From Octopus vulgaris (lineage: Eukaryota): a stretch of DNA of 64,000 nt. The stretch covers positions 129,642,001 to 129,706,000 of the forward strand of contig OX597818.1 of the NCBI GenBank assembly GCA_951406725.2, given 5' to 3'. A program made the translations under genes and the position numbers. Numbering within the stretch: the stretch's first letter is position 1; each line of letters opens with the position of its first letter. Positions 41,046 to 53,991 of the stretch are shown piece by piece. Under the pieces are notes generated by a model. It had not been told where the DNA came from, did not search any database, and saw only the letters and a program-made list of their open reading frames with translations.

Positions 41046-41805
41046 ATTTTAAACTCTGCTAACTTCTAATTTACACCCCTTCATAATGCATTAATTATAG
41101 GCCTGTAAGTTAGCGGCAACATAATCCCTGCACACCCCACTCACCCCTCTCATCCCCATCCCAATCATCATCACTGGCAACAACAGTAAGCCTATACATG
41201 GTCATTTGACTCGCTAGAAACAATATCCAAACCTCCACTCAAATGTTTCATATACAATGTACAAAAATGAGGGGATGGTCACGCCTGGAAACATCTTTGG
41301 CCATAGGTCAGCTTGGTCAGGACTGACCTGGAACTAAACAACAGCAATAACTACATTGGCAACAACAGTAGCAGCAACAATAATAATCATTGGTACCACA
41401 ACCACCACCACCACCAACAACAACATCCATGCCACAACCAACAAGAAGAAGCATATATGGTGGTCGTCCAATCTGCTAGAAATAGCAGCTAAATCTTGCT
41501 CAAATCTCCAATTTTACTGTCATAAGAATAAGAAGGACACATTGGTTGATGAGGTCCGTAGTACATCCTAAATAAAAAACAATAAATGTATGATGGGATT
41601 GTCATTTTTGGAACGTCTTTGATTATATGTCTTGCCTTAAGCAAAGCTGACTTGGCACAACCAGCCAAAGCAACTGGTTAAAAATATGATACAAAAGTGG
41701 TTTTCCAATTGATGATGATGATGGTGATGATGATAATAATGGTAGTGGTGGTAAAAAGAGTTAGGAAGTTGTTGGTGTGGTGGTGATGGTGGTGGTATTT
41801 AACAT

Positions 41806-41951
41806 CTGAGGTCGACTTTGCCTTTTATCCTTTCGGGGTCGATAAATTAAGTACCAGTTACACACTGGGGTCGATGTAATCGACTTAATACCTATGTCTG
41901 TCCTTGTTTGTCCCCTCTATGTTTATCCCCTTGTGGGTAATAAAGAAATAT
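41806..41951 (+). mobile_element. 5'-truncated SINE family A
   Basis: GTATTTAACA on both flanks. Confidence 0.85.
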
Positions 41952-44738
41952 GTATTTAACACTTGGTCAGCCCAGACTAAACAGATCTATGATCAAAGGC
42001 ATTCCTACTATGACCATCCTTATTTAATGTGATCAGCAATTTTTTAATGAAAACCTACTATAAAGTGTGATTTGAGGGAGACTCGGCTGCTATTTCCAAA
42101 AAGCCAATCGAAAAGACTTCTCCCTTGAATTGTTGTTGTTAGTGGTGATGGTGTTGTTAGTAGTAGTGGTGATAATAATAATAGGGTTAGTAACAGAAGT
42201 AGTAGTAGCTGCAGTAGTAGTAGATCTAGTGCTGTAGCTGTTATAGTTGTTTGCGAATATTAGTTATTAAACAACAAACATCAATAAGGATGAGAGCGAA
42301 GCGCTAGCGATACAGTGTTATAGTAGTACCCATAGTATTGACGGTTCCTGTGTTAGAACTGCTCATGTTGTTGTTGTTGGTGTTGTTGTTGTCGTTGTTG
42401 TGTGGCCTTTGGTAAAACCCGATTGAGCAGATCTGAAGTCATAAGTCATTTGCGCCATGGTATTCTCTCTCCTTACTTTCAGGTATCATCTATCGAAGAC
42501 TATTTCCCCATGTGCCCCTGCCTCCCAATTTCAGATCGAAGAATTAGGGAGCGTAGTTTCGAGGGAGAATTGGCCGTTATCTCTGGTAAGAAAATTGACC
42601 AGTTTGAGGTTCCCTGAATAGCTTATGTCGAGGTAATGGTAGTGGTGGTGGTGGTGGTGGTGGTGGAAATTGTGCAGGTGAGTGTTTGCGTATGCATTTG
42701 TGGTGCTGTTGGCTTTCTTGGAGGAAGCAGTGGCACAAGGGATGCAGCTTGTAATAAAAGGGATGTCATTTAGGGTCACACCAATGCTAATGTTCATGAT
42801 GATAATTGATGGTGGTGGTGGTGGTGATGGTGGTGCAGGTGGTGATATGCTGGTAGTGGATGTATGGTAGCAGCATGGTGGTGAGTGAAGATGTATGAGG
42901 GGTTGTAGGGGGGGGGGGGGCGTGATGCAGTTGGTGAAGGAGGTATAGTGATGCAGATAGCAGTGGTATGATGGTTGTGGTAGTAGTGTTTGTGTGATAG
43001 CAGTGATGGTGGATGGTAGAACGTTGGGTGGTGGTGGTAGTGGTGGTGCGGTGGTATGATGATGGTGATTACAAGTGGTGGAGGTAGGTATGGCATTTGT
43101 GGCGGTATGAATGAGGTGGTGTGGAGGTATGTGGTAGTATTGGAAGCAGTGGAGCTTTGGTGGTGATGCACGGGTGGGGGGAGGAGGTGAGGTGCCGGTG
43201 CCAACGCCGATGCAATTGGTGACGCTGGGTGGGTGGGGGTGGGGTGGGGGTGGAGGGGCAGGGGGTAAATATAATGGTGAGGATGCAGATAGAAGAGGAG
43301 TAGCGATGATGCAGGACATGGAGGTATGTATGCAAGGTGGTGATGCAGGAGGTGGAGAGGAAGGACGCAGGTAGTGGAGGTCTGGGGCAGTGATGACACA
43401 CATGATGAGGGTGGCAATGTTGATGCAAGAAAAGACTTTGATATTTATGCTAATTATGCTTGGGGAGGGTGGGGTAAGTCACTGCAATGGTATCAGTGAT
43501 AGGATACTTTTGGAGGCTGCAGTAACTTTAGCTGCTGCCGCTGCTGCTGCTGCTGTTTCATAGTTGCTGCAGTTTGTATGAAATGATAATATAAGATATG
43601 GTCAAAAATTATAATTAAGATTCTGCCACACCTACGTCAGTCCAAGTGAACACCCACAAAAATATGCACACAAACACAGATACACACACACATATATTTT
43701 TCACCACTGCCGACCAAAATTAGTTTCTTTCCAAATCTAAAATGCCAGCCAACATTAAAACTAAAAAACACTAAAAAAAAAATATTAATATAATTACTGT
43801 AAAATATCCCACTCTTCATCAGAATATTGCGTGACCAAGTAGATAGGAGCATTGAAATGCTGTGTTAATGGTTTATATGTTGAATTTGAGCTAAGAAGCA
43901 TAACCATGTTCATGATAAATAGGAGCCAATGATGGAACTATTGGGCGGTCAATCAACTTGCTAGAAAATCTAGCTAAATCTATCTTTCTCAAATTACACA
44001 CTGTCGTATTAAATAAAGAGGGATATGTTGGACGATGTAGATGTTGGTGTATAAATAATTTTAAAAAATGGGTTGGTTACAGCCTTCAATCAACTTTTGG
44101 TCATAGGTGTGTTTGATCAAAGATGATCTGAAGCCCCAAAATGATAACAACAAGAATAGTGATGCAATGATGAAGAGACTGATGGTGATCTGTTTTGGAA
44201 ACAGCAATTTTATGAAAACATAATAGATGAGGTCGACGACAACAACAACAACAACAACAACAACAACAGCAACAACAATAACAACCACAGCAGCAGCAGC
44301 GACAACAACAACAATAGTTTCAAATGTTGGCCAAGGCCAGAAATTTCAGGGGTGGGGGTGGGGATAAGTCGATTACATTGACACCCAGAACTAATTTTAT
44401 TGACCCTGAAAAGATGAATGGCAAAGTTGACCTTAGCAGAATTTGAACTCAGAATGTGCCAGTACTGCCTGACTGGCCCTTGTACCTGTGGCATGTAAAC
44501 AGCACCCACTACACTCTCGGAATGGTTGGTATTAGGAAGGGCATCCAGCTGTAGAAACTAGAACAGATCGGAGCCTGGTACAGCCTTCTGGCTTGCTAGT
44601 CCTCAGTCAAACTGTCTAACCCATGCCAGCATGGAAAGTGGACGTTAAATGACGACGACGACGATGATGAATGTAAAGACGGACAAAATACCACTAGTAT
44701 TTTGCTTGGCATGCTAATGATTCTACCTGCTTACTGCC

Positions 44739-44787
<49 letters not shown>

Positions 44788-44800
44788 CAATAAGTGGCAG

Positions 44801-45060
44801 ATAATTGACTTTACAGTCCCAAATGATGAAAAAATATAATAGAAAAAATAGCAAAGTACCAGGACCTAGCCATTGAAATACGGAGAGTATAGAAAGTGCA
44901 GGTAAAATGTTTTCCAGTAGTTATAGGTGCATTAGGAACTATCCCTAAAGATTTGAACAGACGGATAGAGGAAACAGGTATAAAACCCAGTTTAGTACAG
45001 CTCCAGGAAACAGTGTTATTAGGGACAGCTAGGATATTTAGGAGGGTTCTTGACATCTAG
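44801..45060 (+). pseudogene. Decayed C-terminal restriction-like endonuclease of an R4/Dong-like non-LTR retrotransposon
   Basis: Translates IIDFTVPND../IEKIAKYQDLAIEIRRV*KVQVKCFPVVIGALGTIPKDL..LQETVLLGTARIFRRVLDI*, with frameshift and stop; directly after (TAA)n. Confidence 0.85.
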
Positions 45061-45114
45061 CGTTACTTGTTGTAGCCTGATGTTAGGAATTTTTCTTTTC
45101 CAACAACAACAACA

Positions 45115-45770
45115 ATAATGGTTTCAAATTTTGGTACAAGGCCAGCAATTTTGGGGGAGGGGAGAAGTTGATTACATTGTCACTAGTACTCTACTCGGAC
45201 TTATTTTATCAAGTTGGAAGGATGAAAGACAAAGTGGACGTTGGCAGAGTTTGAACTCTGAATGTAAAGAGGAATAAAATGCCACAGAGCATTTTGCTCA
45301 GTGTGCTAATGGTTCTGCCAGCTCACCAATAACAGTTTCAAATTTTGGGACATGGCCAGCAATACTGAGGAGAGAGGGAAAGTGATAGACACTATAGACC
45401 CCAGTATTAGATTACTATGATATATCATTGATGCCAAAAGGATGAAATGCAATGTTTGCTTTGTTCAGAATTGAACCCAGAATGTAGAAAGCTGAAAGAA
45501 ATATTGTGAAGCATTTTCTCAATGCTTTAACAATTCTGCCAACTAAAAAAAGAAAAAAAATGATTATCCTTTTGAGTGGTAGTGGAGGTGGTGGGGGAGA
45601 CTTACCAATTAAATTGACCCCAGTACTTGACTGGTACCTATTTCTTCAACCCTGAAAAGTTGAAAGGGTAAGTCAACCTCGGCAGAATTTGAATTCAGAA
45701 AGTAAAAGCAAATGAAATACCACTAAGAATTTTGCCTAATGTTCAAATGATTCAGTCAGCTTTCTGACAT
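45115..45770 (-). mobile_element. Cluster of three old family-A-related SINEs
   Basis: Repeated TTTCAAATTTTGG.ACAAGGCCAGC tail and GAATTTGAACTCAGAATG; similar at 44315, 51870, 53575, 53780, 58030. Confidence 0.7.
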
Positions 45771-46327
45771 AACAACAACAACAACAAAGATGGTAATAAT
45801 AATAATGATTTCACATATATATATTAAGAACAAACTTACTTAGAAATGGATGCATGTGTTCTGTCGAATAATAAATAAAACATTTGCATATATACATATA
45901 TATATGTACGTACCTACCTCTACATGTATATATACATGCATATATGGGTACAGGACACCAAAAAACGTCAAACACAATGAGAAACGAAAACATAAACACA
46001 AAACCAAGGAAATTGACATTTTTCTTAAACAACGAAAAAATAGAGCACAGGACATAGAAGTGCATGTATATATACATGTAGATGTAGGTACATACATATA
46101 TGTATGTATATATGCATATGTTTTATTTATTAATTTGTTATATATATATATTTGTTCATATTTATATATATGTATATTATTATTTACATATACACTTATA
46201 TATATTTATGCATATATATATAAATGTATGCGTGTGTATGTATACATATGTGTGTGTTTGTGATATATACGTGTGACTGTTTTTATACATAAATATATAC
46301 ATACATACATACATATATATATATATA

Positions 46328-46726
46328 CTAGCAGTATCGCCCGGCGTTGCTCGGGTTTGTAAGGGAAATAACTATATAAGCATTTTTAGAGAGTTATAGC
46401 CAAAAAATAGCAAAAAAATGCATTAAAAATGGAAAAAAAATGATGGTAAATTTTTTTTTAAATCGTTGACTCATCGTAGACATTTTTAGAGAGTTACTTC
46501 CCTTATATAATACAGAAAAAAATGCATTAAAAGGGAAAAAAATGATGGTAAATTTTTTTTAAAATCGTAGATTCATCGTAGACGTGCGCTAATACCCAGA
46601 AGGGCTCGATATGAATCACGACTATAAGATACCCGGTTTTGGTTAAACTGCACCGCAAAATGTGGGAGTAGTTAGGAATCTAAATCGTAGGAGACAGACA
46701 CACAACTTGACTTTTATATATAAAGA
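46328..46726 (-). mobile_element. Non-autonomous Helitron
   Basis: TC..hairpin..CTAG termini, inserted in (TA)n. Confidence 0.9.
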
Positions 46727-47286
46727 TATATATATATATATATATAATATACAAAAATGGGACAAGAATGCAAAACATCCAGACAGTTAGGTGATACAAA
46801 AAAGGGACAATAAAACGTCCAGACTGACGATACAAAGAAAACAAGAATGGGTCATTTGGAGTTTTCTTTCCTCAGTCGAGTTCCATATTATCTTTGCAAT
46901 TTTGGCTGGTTATAATCGAGATTGTTCCAATCTGGCCAGCCCCAAGGAAAAACTAAGCTAAGAGCACTAGATTCCTTGGAAGAAAGCAGTGAATGTATAC
47001 GAAAACAAGGACGGAAAAAAAAACCGGAGAAATGGTACACAAATACAAATAACAGGACATTAACAAGAGGTGTCTTTCGTCTAAGGATGAATTAAATTAA
47101 GCTGGCGTGTTTGGAAGTAAAGTCTTACAGCAGGGACATAAGATTTGACAGGGATAAATTATCCATGTGAGTACCATAAGAGCTCCCAGTTTCCAGCTAA
47201 CCATACTAAGTAGTGACAAGGACTAAAGATCACATCGAGTTAGCAATCCCACTATATTTCTTCTGATGGGTATATATATATATATT

Positions 47287-47691
47287 CTCTTTTACTCTTT
47301 TACTTGTTTCAGTCATTTGACTGCGGCCATGCTGGAGCACCGCCTTTAGTCGAGCAAATCGACCCCAGGACTTATTCTTTGTAAGCCCAGTACTTATTCT
47401 ATCGGTCTCTTTTGCCGAACCGCTAAGTGACGGGGACATAAACACACCAGCATCGGTTGTCAAGCAATGCTAGGGGGACAAACACAGACACACAAACACA
47501 CACACATATATATATATATACATATATACGACAGGCTTCTTTCAGTTTCCGTCTACCAAATCCACTCACAAGGCATTGGTCGGCCCAGGGCTATAGCAGA
47601 AGACACTTGCCCAAGATGTCACGCAGTGGGACTGAACCCAGAACCATGTGGTTGGTAAGCAAACTACTTACCACACAGCCACTCCTGCGCC
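47287..47691 (-). mobile_element. SINE family B, young copy
   Basis: Full-length reverse complement. Confidence 0.9.
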
Positions 47692-47917
47692 TATATATAT
47701 ATATATATACACATACAAATATATGTATATATATATATATACACATACAAATATATGTCACTATAAACCACATATACAAATGTAAGCACATATTAAGCTC
47801 ATTTTGCATGTGGCTATTCAAATGTGTATTAAACATTTTAACTAATCTTATAAGATTAACAGCATTTACCACTGTTTTAATCCTCATATCACACAGACAT
47901 ATATAGATACATATATC

Positions 47918-47950
<33 letters not shown>

Positions 47951-48109
47951 GTTACTAAAGTGACTGAGGGCACTAGTCAGCACCAGCATTGCTAGAAATA
48001 GGAGTTAAAAGAACTCATAGCCAAAAGAAAGCTATATGGCTATGAGTTGTTTTAACTCCTATTTCTAGCAATACTGGTGCTGGCTAGTGCTCTAAATCAC
48101 TTTAGTGAC
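47951..48109. repeat. Fold-back inverted repeat (about 73-bp arms, 13-nt spacer) in (TA)n
   Basis: 47951-48023 vs 48037-48109; shares AGAAATAGGAGTTAA with 24770-24825. Confidence 0.92.
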
Positions 48110-48178
48110 GTATATATTTCAGTTGTAAAATTTTGAAAAAGCCACCCTTATATACTATATATCTATATCTATGTGAGT

Positions 48179-48228
<50 letters not shown>

Positions 48229-48327
48229 ATATATATATATATGTAGATAGATGAGAGACATATATAGTGGAAACAATTGTAGTGAATTTGAATAAAGACT
48301 CTTGTGAATTCCATTTTCTGTCTCTCA

Positions 48328-48414
<87 letters not shown>

Positions 48415-48548
48415 GGATGGATAGATAGATAGATGTTTGTTCTTATGTGTTACTTTAATCCAATGGGTTACTCCATATTTTTGTAGTGTACAAAATTATC
48501 ATTCTTAAACAAAAATGTAGTTGACAGTGACTTCAAAGTTTCACTGTG

Positions 48549-48615
<67 letters not shown>

Positions 48616-48708
48616 GAAAGAATGGAGTCAAACGAAGATGTTAACAAAATTCCTTTACTCTCCTTTACTTTTCCATGCTGACGATAAACATAGGATAATT
48701 CATTCACC

Positions 48709-48740
<32 letters not shown>

Positions 48741-48743
48741 CAT

Positions 48744-48802
<59 letters not shown>

Positions 48803-49329
48803 CATACTCACACATATATATATATATATATAATCTATGGGTGTATGTTTACACATACACACATAATATATTATATATATGTATATATATATATGTAAAC
48901 ATGCACCTATATACACATATATATACACAAGTACATAGATATGTATGATTCTGAGCATGCCTGGATGTATATAAATTCCTTTTTTTTATGATTTGCTGGC
49001 GACTTGCTGTCATTTTTTTTATATTTATGTGTTATATTTCAGTTGATATCATATCACAACTGTATTTTATAATTACATAGGAATTGAAATAATAAATATT
49101 TGTAATTCCTGATATGCATCACTACATATATGCTGTGTGTGCGTGCGCAGTGTGGGACAGATATTTAGATAGACATATATATTCATACATATAGATATAT
49201 TCATATATATTGATATATATGTAGTAAATATATGCTTATATATGCATATACACCAATATATATATTCATGCATATATATTTATATTTATCTGATCTATAT
49301 AGAAAACTATATATTCATATGCATGTAAA

Positions 49330-49371
<42 letters not shown>

Positions 49372-49645
49372 TGTATATATACATGTAGATGTAAGTATGT
49401 ACATATATGTATGTATATATGCATATATTTTATTATTTATTATATTACTATATGACCGAACGCACGCGTTATTTCTCTTCTCCAAGTTTTTATATATATA
49501 TATATATTTATATACACACACATACATATATATATGCACATAAATCATCTAAAAGTCCATAAGTCAAGAAAAAGATGTACTCATATCTATCTGTCTATCT
49601 ATCTATCTCCCTCTCTCTCTCCTTCTCTGTCTGTCTGTCTGTCTT

Positions 49646-49681
<36 letters not shown>

Positions 49682-50177
49682 CAGTTAAATGGTAGTTTGA
49701 TCTAGATGATCATAGTATAAGAAGTTAGTATGCTTTAAGAATGTACATAGCTTGTAGAGATGACAAAGTGTAAACAATATACAATAAAGAGAGTTAATAA
49801 CTATCATATGTTTATCATTTGTACTGCGTATTGATAAACTCATGAAGTAATTTTTCTGTCAGTAATAACATATCCATGAGTGACAAGTTCAACTTCAATT
49901 TCTCCATTCTAAAGATTTCTATGCCATTAGAATTCACGTGTGCAAACTACTCTGTAACTGTTTAGTTCCTGTGTTAGTGGACACTAATTGTGTAGAAGTT
50001 TATGGAGTGTAAAAATTAAAGTTTGAACTTGTTGCTCAAGGATATCCTGTTACGGAGTAAAAATGAATATGTAAGTCTGTTAATTTAGAGAACAAATGAT
50101 AACATAATGATGGTAATTAAGTTCTTTTCTTCATATACCTTTTGTCACTTATATTTGCTGTGTACAAGCTTGAGGCT

Positions 50178-50226
<49 letters not shown>

Positions 50227-50350
50227 TATATATATGCTATACATATATATGCAATATATATATATACATATATATATGCGTATATATAGATAATATATAT
50301 ATATGCATATATATATATGCATATATATGTATATAATATATATATATATT

Positions 50351-50386
<36 letters not shown>

Positions 50387-50605
50387 AGCAGCTGAAGATT
50401 GCTCTACATTTTAAATTGATGTAATGGAAATGATTGCATTGCTCGATTAAATGGAGTCGCATGAAATAATCGTACCTGCAATACCTCTAGATATCCTTGT
50501 TGCTTATTTTGATTTTAATCACCTTATTTTGAAATTGTATGGATAATACCATATTAAATTCTTGTGCTTCAACTTTAAGTACCATATTCAACTGAATCTA
50601 AATTT

Positions 50606-50630
<25 letters not shown>

Positions 50631-50636
<6 letters not shown>

Positions 50637-50780
50637 GGCAATTAGTTGGTTGTCATAATAAACTCAGAGTTTCGGATACTGGGGCTGAAATCTGCTCCGG
50701 CATGTGATGCTGGAGCAGACTTCATCCCTTGTATTTGAAACTCAGGGTTTTATTATGACAACCAACTAATTGTCGCATAT
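50631..50780. repeat. Fold-back inverted repeat (about 73-bp arms, 3-nt spacer) next to (TA)n
   Basis: 50631-50703 vs 50707-50780. Confidence 0.92.
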
Positions 50781-51203
50781 TATATTTATAGATAAATTCC
50801 TCTGTTTTACATAATATCGAGGTCTCATTCATTCCTTTGTTGTCATATTATTATTATTATTATTATTAATATATATGTATAATGGACTCTCCCATTGTTA
50901 GATGACATATGAAGGTTCAACAACTTCTTACTGAACAACCACACAAATGATTTGTTTCTTGTGATCAAATGTTTGTGTAGACATAAGCTTACTCCCTCCA
51001 TCAAATCGACATTACCTGTACAGGTGCAACTGGATGCCACATGTCATATGCCACATGTCATATGTCAAAATGATTGCAGAGTAATGTGAAAATGAAGTGC
51101 TTTGCTCAAGAACATAATGCAATGTCTGGTCTGGGTATTGAACCAAGGATCTCACAATTGTGAATGCAACAACTTAACCACTAAGCCATGTGTTGTTACA
51201 TAT

Positions 51204-51588
51204 GGAAGCACTCCGTCGGTTACGACGACGAGGGTTCCGGTTGATCCGAGTCAACGGAACAGCCTGCTCGTGAAATTAACGTGTAAGTGGCTAAGCACTC
51301 CACAGACGCGTGTACCCTTAATGTAGTTCTTGGGGATATTCAGCGTGACACAGAGAGTGACAAGGCCGGCCCTTTGAAATACAGGTACAACAGAAACAGG
51401 AAGTAAGAGTGAGAGAAAGTTGTGGTGAAAGGGTACAGCAGGGATCACCACCATTCCCTGCCAGAGCCTCATGGAACTTTTAGGTGTTTTCGCTCAATAA
51501 ACACTCACAACGCCCGGTCTGGGAATCGAAACTGCGATCCTATGACCATGAGTCCGCTGCCCTAACCACTGGACCATTGCGCCTCCAC
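51204..51588 (-). mobile_element. SINE family D with 12-bp TSD
   Basis: GTTGTTACATAT at 51192-51203 and 51589-51600. Confidence 0.92.
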
Positions 51589-51605
51589 GTTGTTACATAT
51601 ATATA

Positions 51606-51834
51606 CAGGGTGGACCAAAAGTAGGTTTACAGTTATTCAACTATCTATCTCACATGCATATATTAACAGTTTAGATCATAATTATAAAAAAAATATGAAG
51701 CCATTATTCTATGATAATTTAGTTAATTTTGTCAAGCTTCCTTTTCAGTTTGTAAGGTAGGAATTTAAATGTAATAAAATGCTTTAAAAGAAATAGTGCC
51801 AACATGATAACTGTAAACCTACTTTTGGGCCACT

Positions 51835-51836
<2 letters not shown>
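51606..51836. mobile_element. Tc1/mariner-type MITE
   Basis: About 30-bp TIRs CAGGGTGGACCAAAAGTAGGTTTACAGTTAT / ATAACTGTAAACCTACTTTTGGGCCACTCT, TA flanks. Confidence 0.88.
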
Positions 51837-51872
<36 letters not shown>

Positions 51873-52106
51873 TCCCAAATTTTGGCTCAGGGCCAGCAAT
51901 TTTGGGGAAAGGGGTAAGTTGGTTACATCAACTTCAATGCTCAACTGGTACTTATATTATCGATGTCGAATGAATAAATGGCAAGGTTGACCTCAGTGTA
52001 ATTTGCATTGAGAACGTACAGTTGAACGAAATACTACTAAGTGTATTGCCTGGTGTGGTAAAGATTCTGCCAGCTCAAAATAAGCAACAAGAATGACTCC
52101 GGTAAT

Positions 52107-52192
52107 TTGGTACGATTGTTTCGTACTACATTATTTTATTAAATGTTGTAAGTATTACATCAGATTTAAGATGCTGAGTACTCATCAGCCAA
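52107..52192 (-). ncRNA. Type I hammerhead ribozyme motif, intact catalytic core
   Basis: UUGG-CUGAUGA-GUACU-(49 nt)-AGUAC-GAAA-C(AAUC)G-UA-CCAA; stems I, II, III all pair; GUA cleavage triplet. Confidence 0.8.
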
Positions 52193-52383
52193 TTATAGAG
52201 GGTTTTCCATTAATACAAAAATGTTCAAATCAAGTGGCAACATTATAGAGAAGGTAGATATACAGAACAAGATGTGGATTTAAATGTTAAGAACATATGA
52301 GGGAGTGAAGTCCTTCCACTGACTGACTAAGATTTGGTTGTTCCAGACTGCTGTAAGGTATGTGTGTGTGTATGTACATATCA

Positions 52384-52423
<40 letters not shown>

Positions 52424-52444
52424 TTATATGATATGTATATATAC

Positions 52445-52512
<68 letters not shown>

Positions 52513-52728
52513 GTTGGTACGCTCCCTTGCTTACAGATCGTGTGTCAATAACCAGCTGACAAAGATGTTTTCCTGGGGTTAAATGGTAGTAACATGGTCT
52601 TATGCAGAACTGCCGCATTACATTGGCAAATAGATTTTACAATGAAGTATAGTTACCACTTAGATCTCATTCAGAGATTTAAAACTGGCTATTTTTTAAA
52701 TCATATATATATATATATATATATTTTA

Positions 52729-53492
52729 GCAGTATAATATAAAGAAAATGGAGTGTTTGAATACAACAAAATCAACTTATTTACATAACTTTTGGTTATT
52801 TAAATCCTACAATCGTTTCAATATCCACCTTTGTTTATTATACAATTAATAATTGCATTATGAGTTCCGAAGGCAAAAATCTCTACAGGGCCAAAATCAA
52901 CATATTTTGTATATGTAAATATATCGATTTTGGCCCCGAAGAGATTTCTGCCTTCAGAACTCATAATGCAATTATTAATTGTATAATAAACTAGCAGTAT
53001 CGCCCGGCGTTGCTCGGGTTTGTAAGGGAAATAATTATATAAGCATTTTTAGAGAGTTATAGCCAAAAAATAGCAAAAAATGCATTAAAAATAGAAAAAA
53101 ATGATGGTAATTTTTTTTTTAAATCGTTGACTCATCGTAGACATTTTTAGAGAGTTACTTCCCTTATGTAATAGCGGAAAAAATGCATTAAAATGGAAAA
53201 AAATTATGGTAAATTTGTTTTTAAATCGTAGACTCACCATAGATGCGCGCTAATACCCAGAAGGGCTCGATATGAATCACGACTATAAGATACCCGGTTT
53301 TGGTTAAACTGCACCGCAAAATGTGGGAGTAGTTAGGAATCTAAATCGTAGGAGACAGACACACAACTTCACTTTTATATATAAAGATAAAAGTGGATAT
53401 TGAAACGATTGTAGGCATTATGTAATCAACAGTTATGTAAATAAATTGATTTTGTTGTATTCAAACTCTCCATTTTCTTTATATTTTACTGC
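52729..53492. mobile_element. Fold-back element with about 175-bp arms, each with a degenerate hammerhead, right arm split by a Helitron
   Basis: 52729-52905 is reverse complement of 52917-52990 + 53388-53492. Confidence 0.85.
52991..53387 (-). mobile_element. Non-autonomous Helitron
   Basis: Same family; removal restores the right arm of the flanking inverted repeat with no duplication. Confidence 0.92.
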
Positions 53493-53991
53493 AAGTCACT
53501 TTGTCCAAAGTTTCAAATGATTCTGCTAATGTACATACTAACCACATATTGAATAAATTACTAACAACAATAATAATGATATCAAATTTTGGTACAAGGC
53601 CAACAATTTCAGGATAAGCTGATTACATTGACCGTAGTATTCAACTGGTACTTATTTTTAGACCTTGAAAGGATGGAAAACGAAGTTGATCTTGGCAGAA
53701 TTTGAACTCAGAGCATGAAGATGGATGAAATGCAACTAAGCATTTTGCCCAGAATGCTAATAATGATGATAATAATAATCTTTTCTGTTACAGGCACAAA
53801 GGCTGAAATTTTGTGGGATGGGATAAGTTGATTGCATCGACTCCAGATCAATTGGTTCCTATTTTATTGGTCTCGAAAGGATGCAAAGCAAAATCTACCT
53901 TTGCAGAATTTGAACTCAGAATGTGAAAATGGACAAAAAAGCTGCCAAGCATTTCACCTAGCGTGCTAATAATAATTATAATGATTAATTA

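Noticed and set aside
42531-43428. 290-aa Pro-rich minus-strand ORF
   Set aside because: Degenerate (GGT)n tract, three overlapping frames, no splice or domain support
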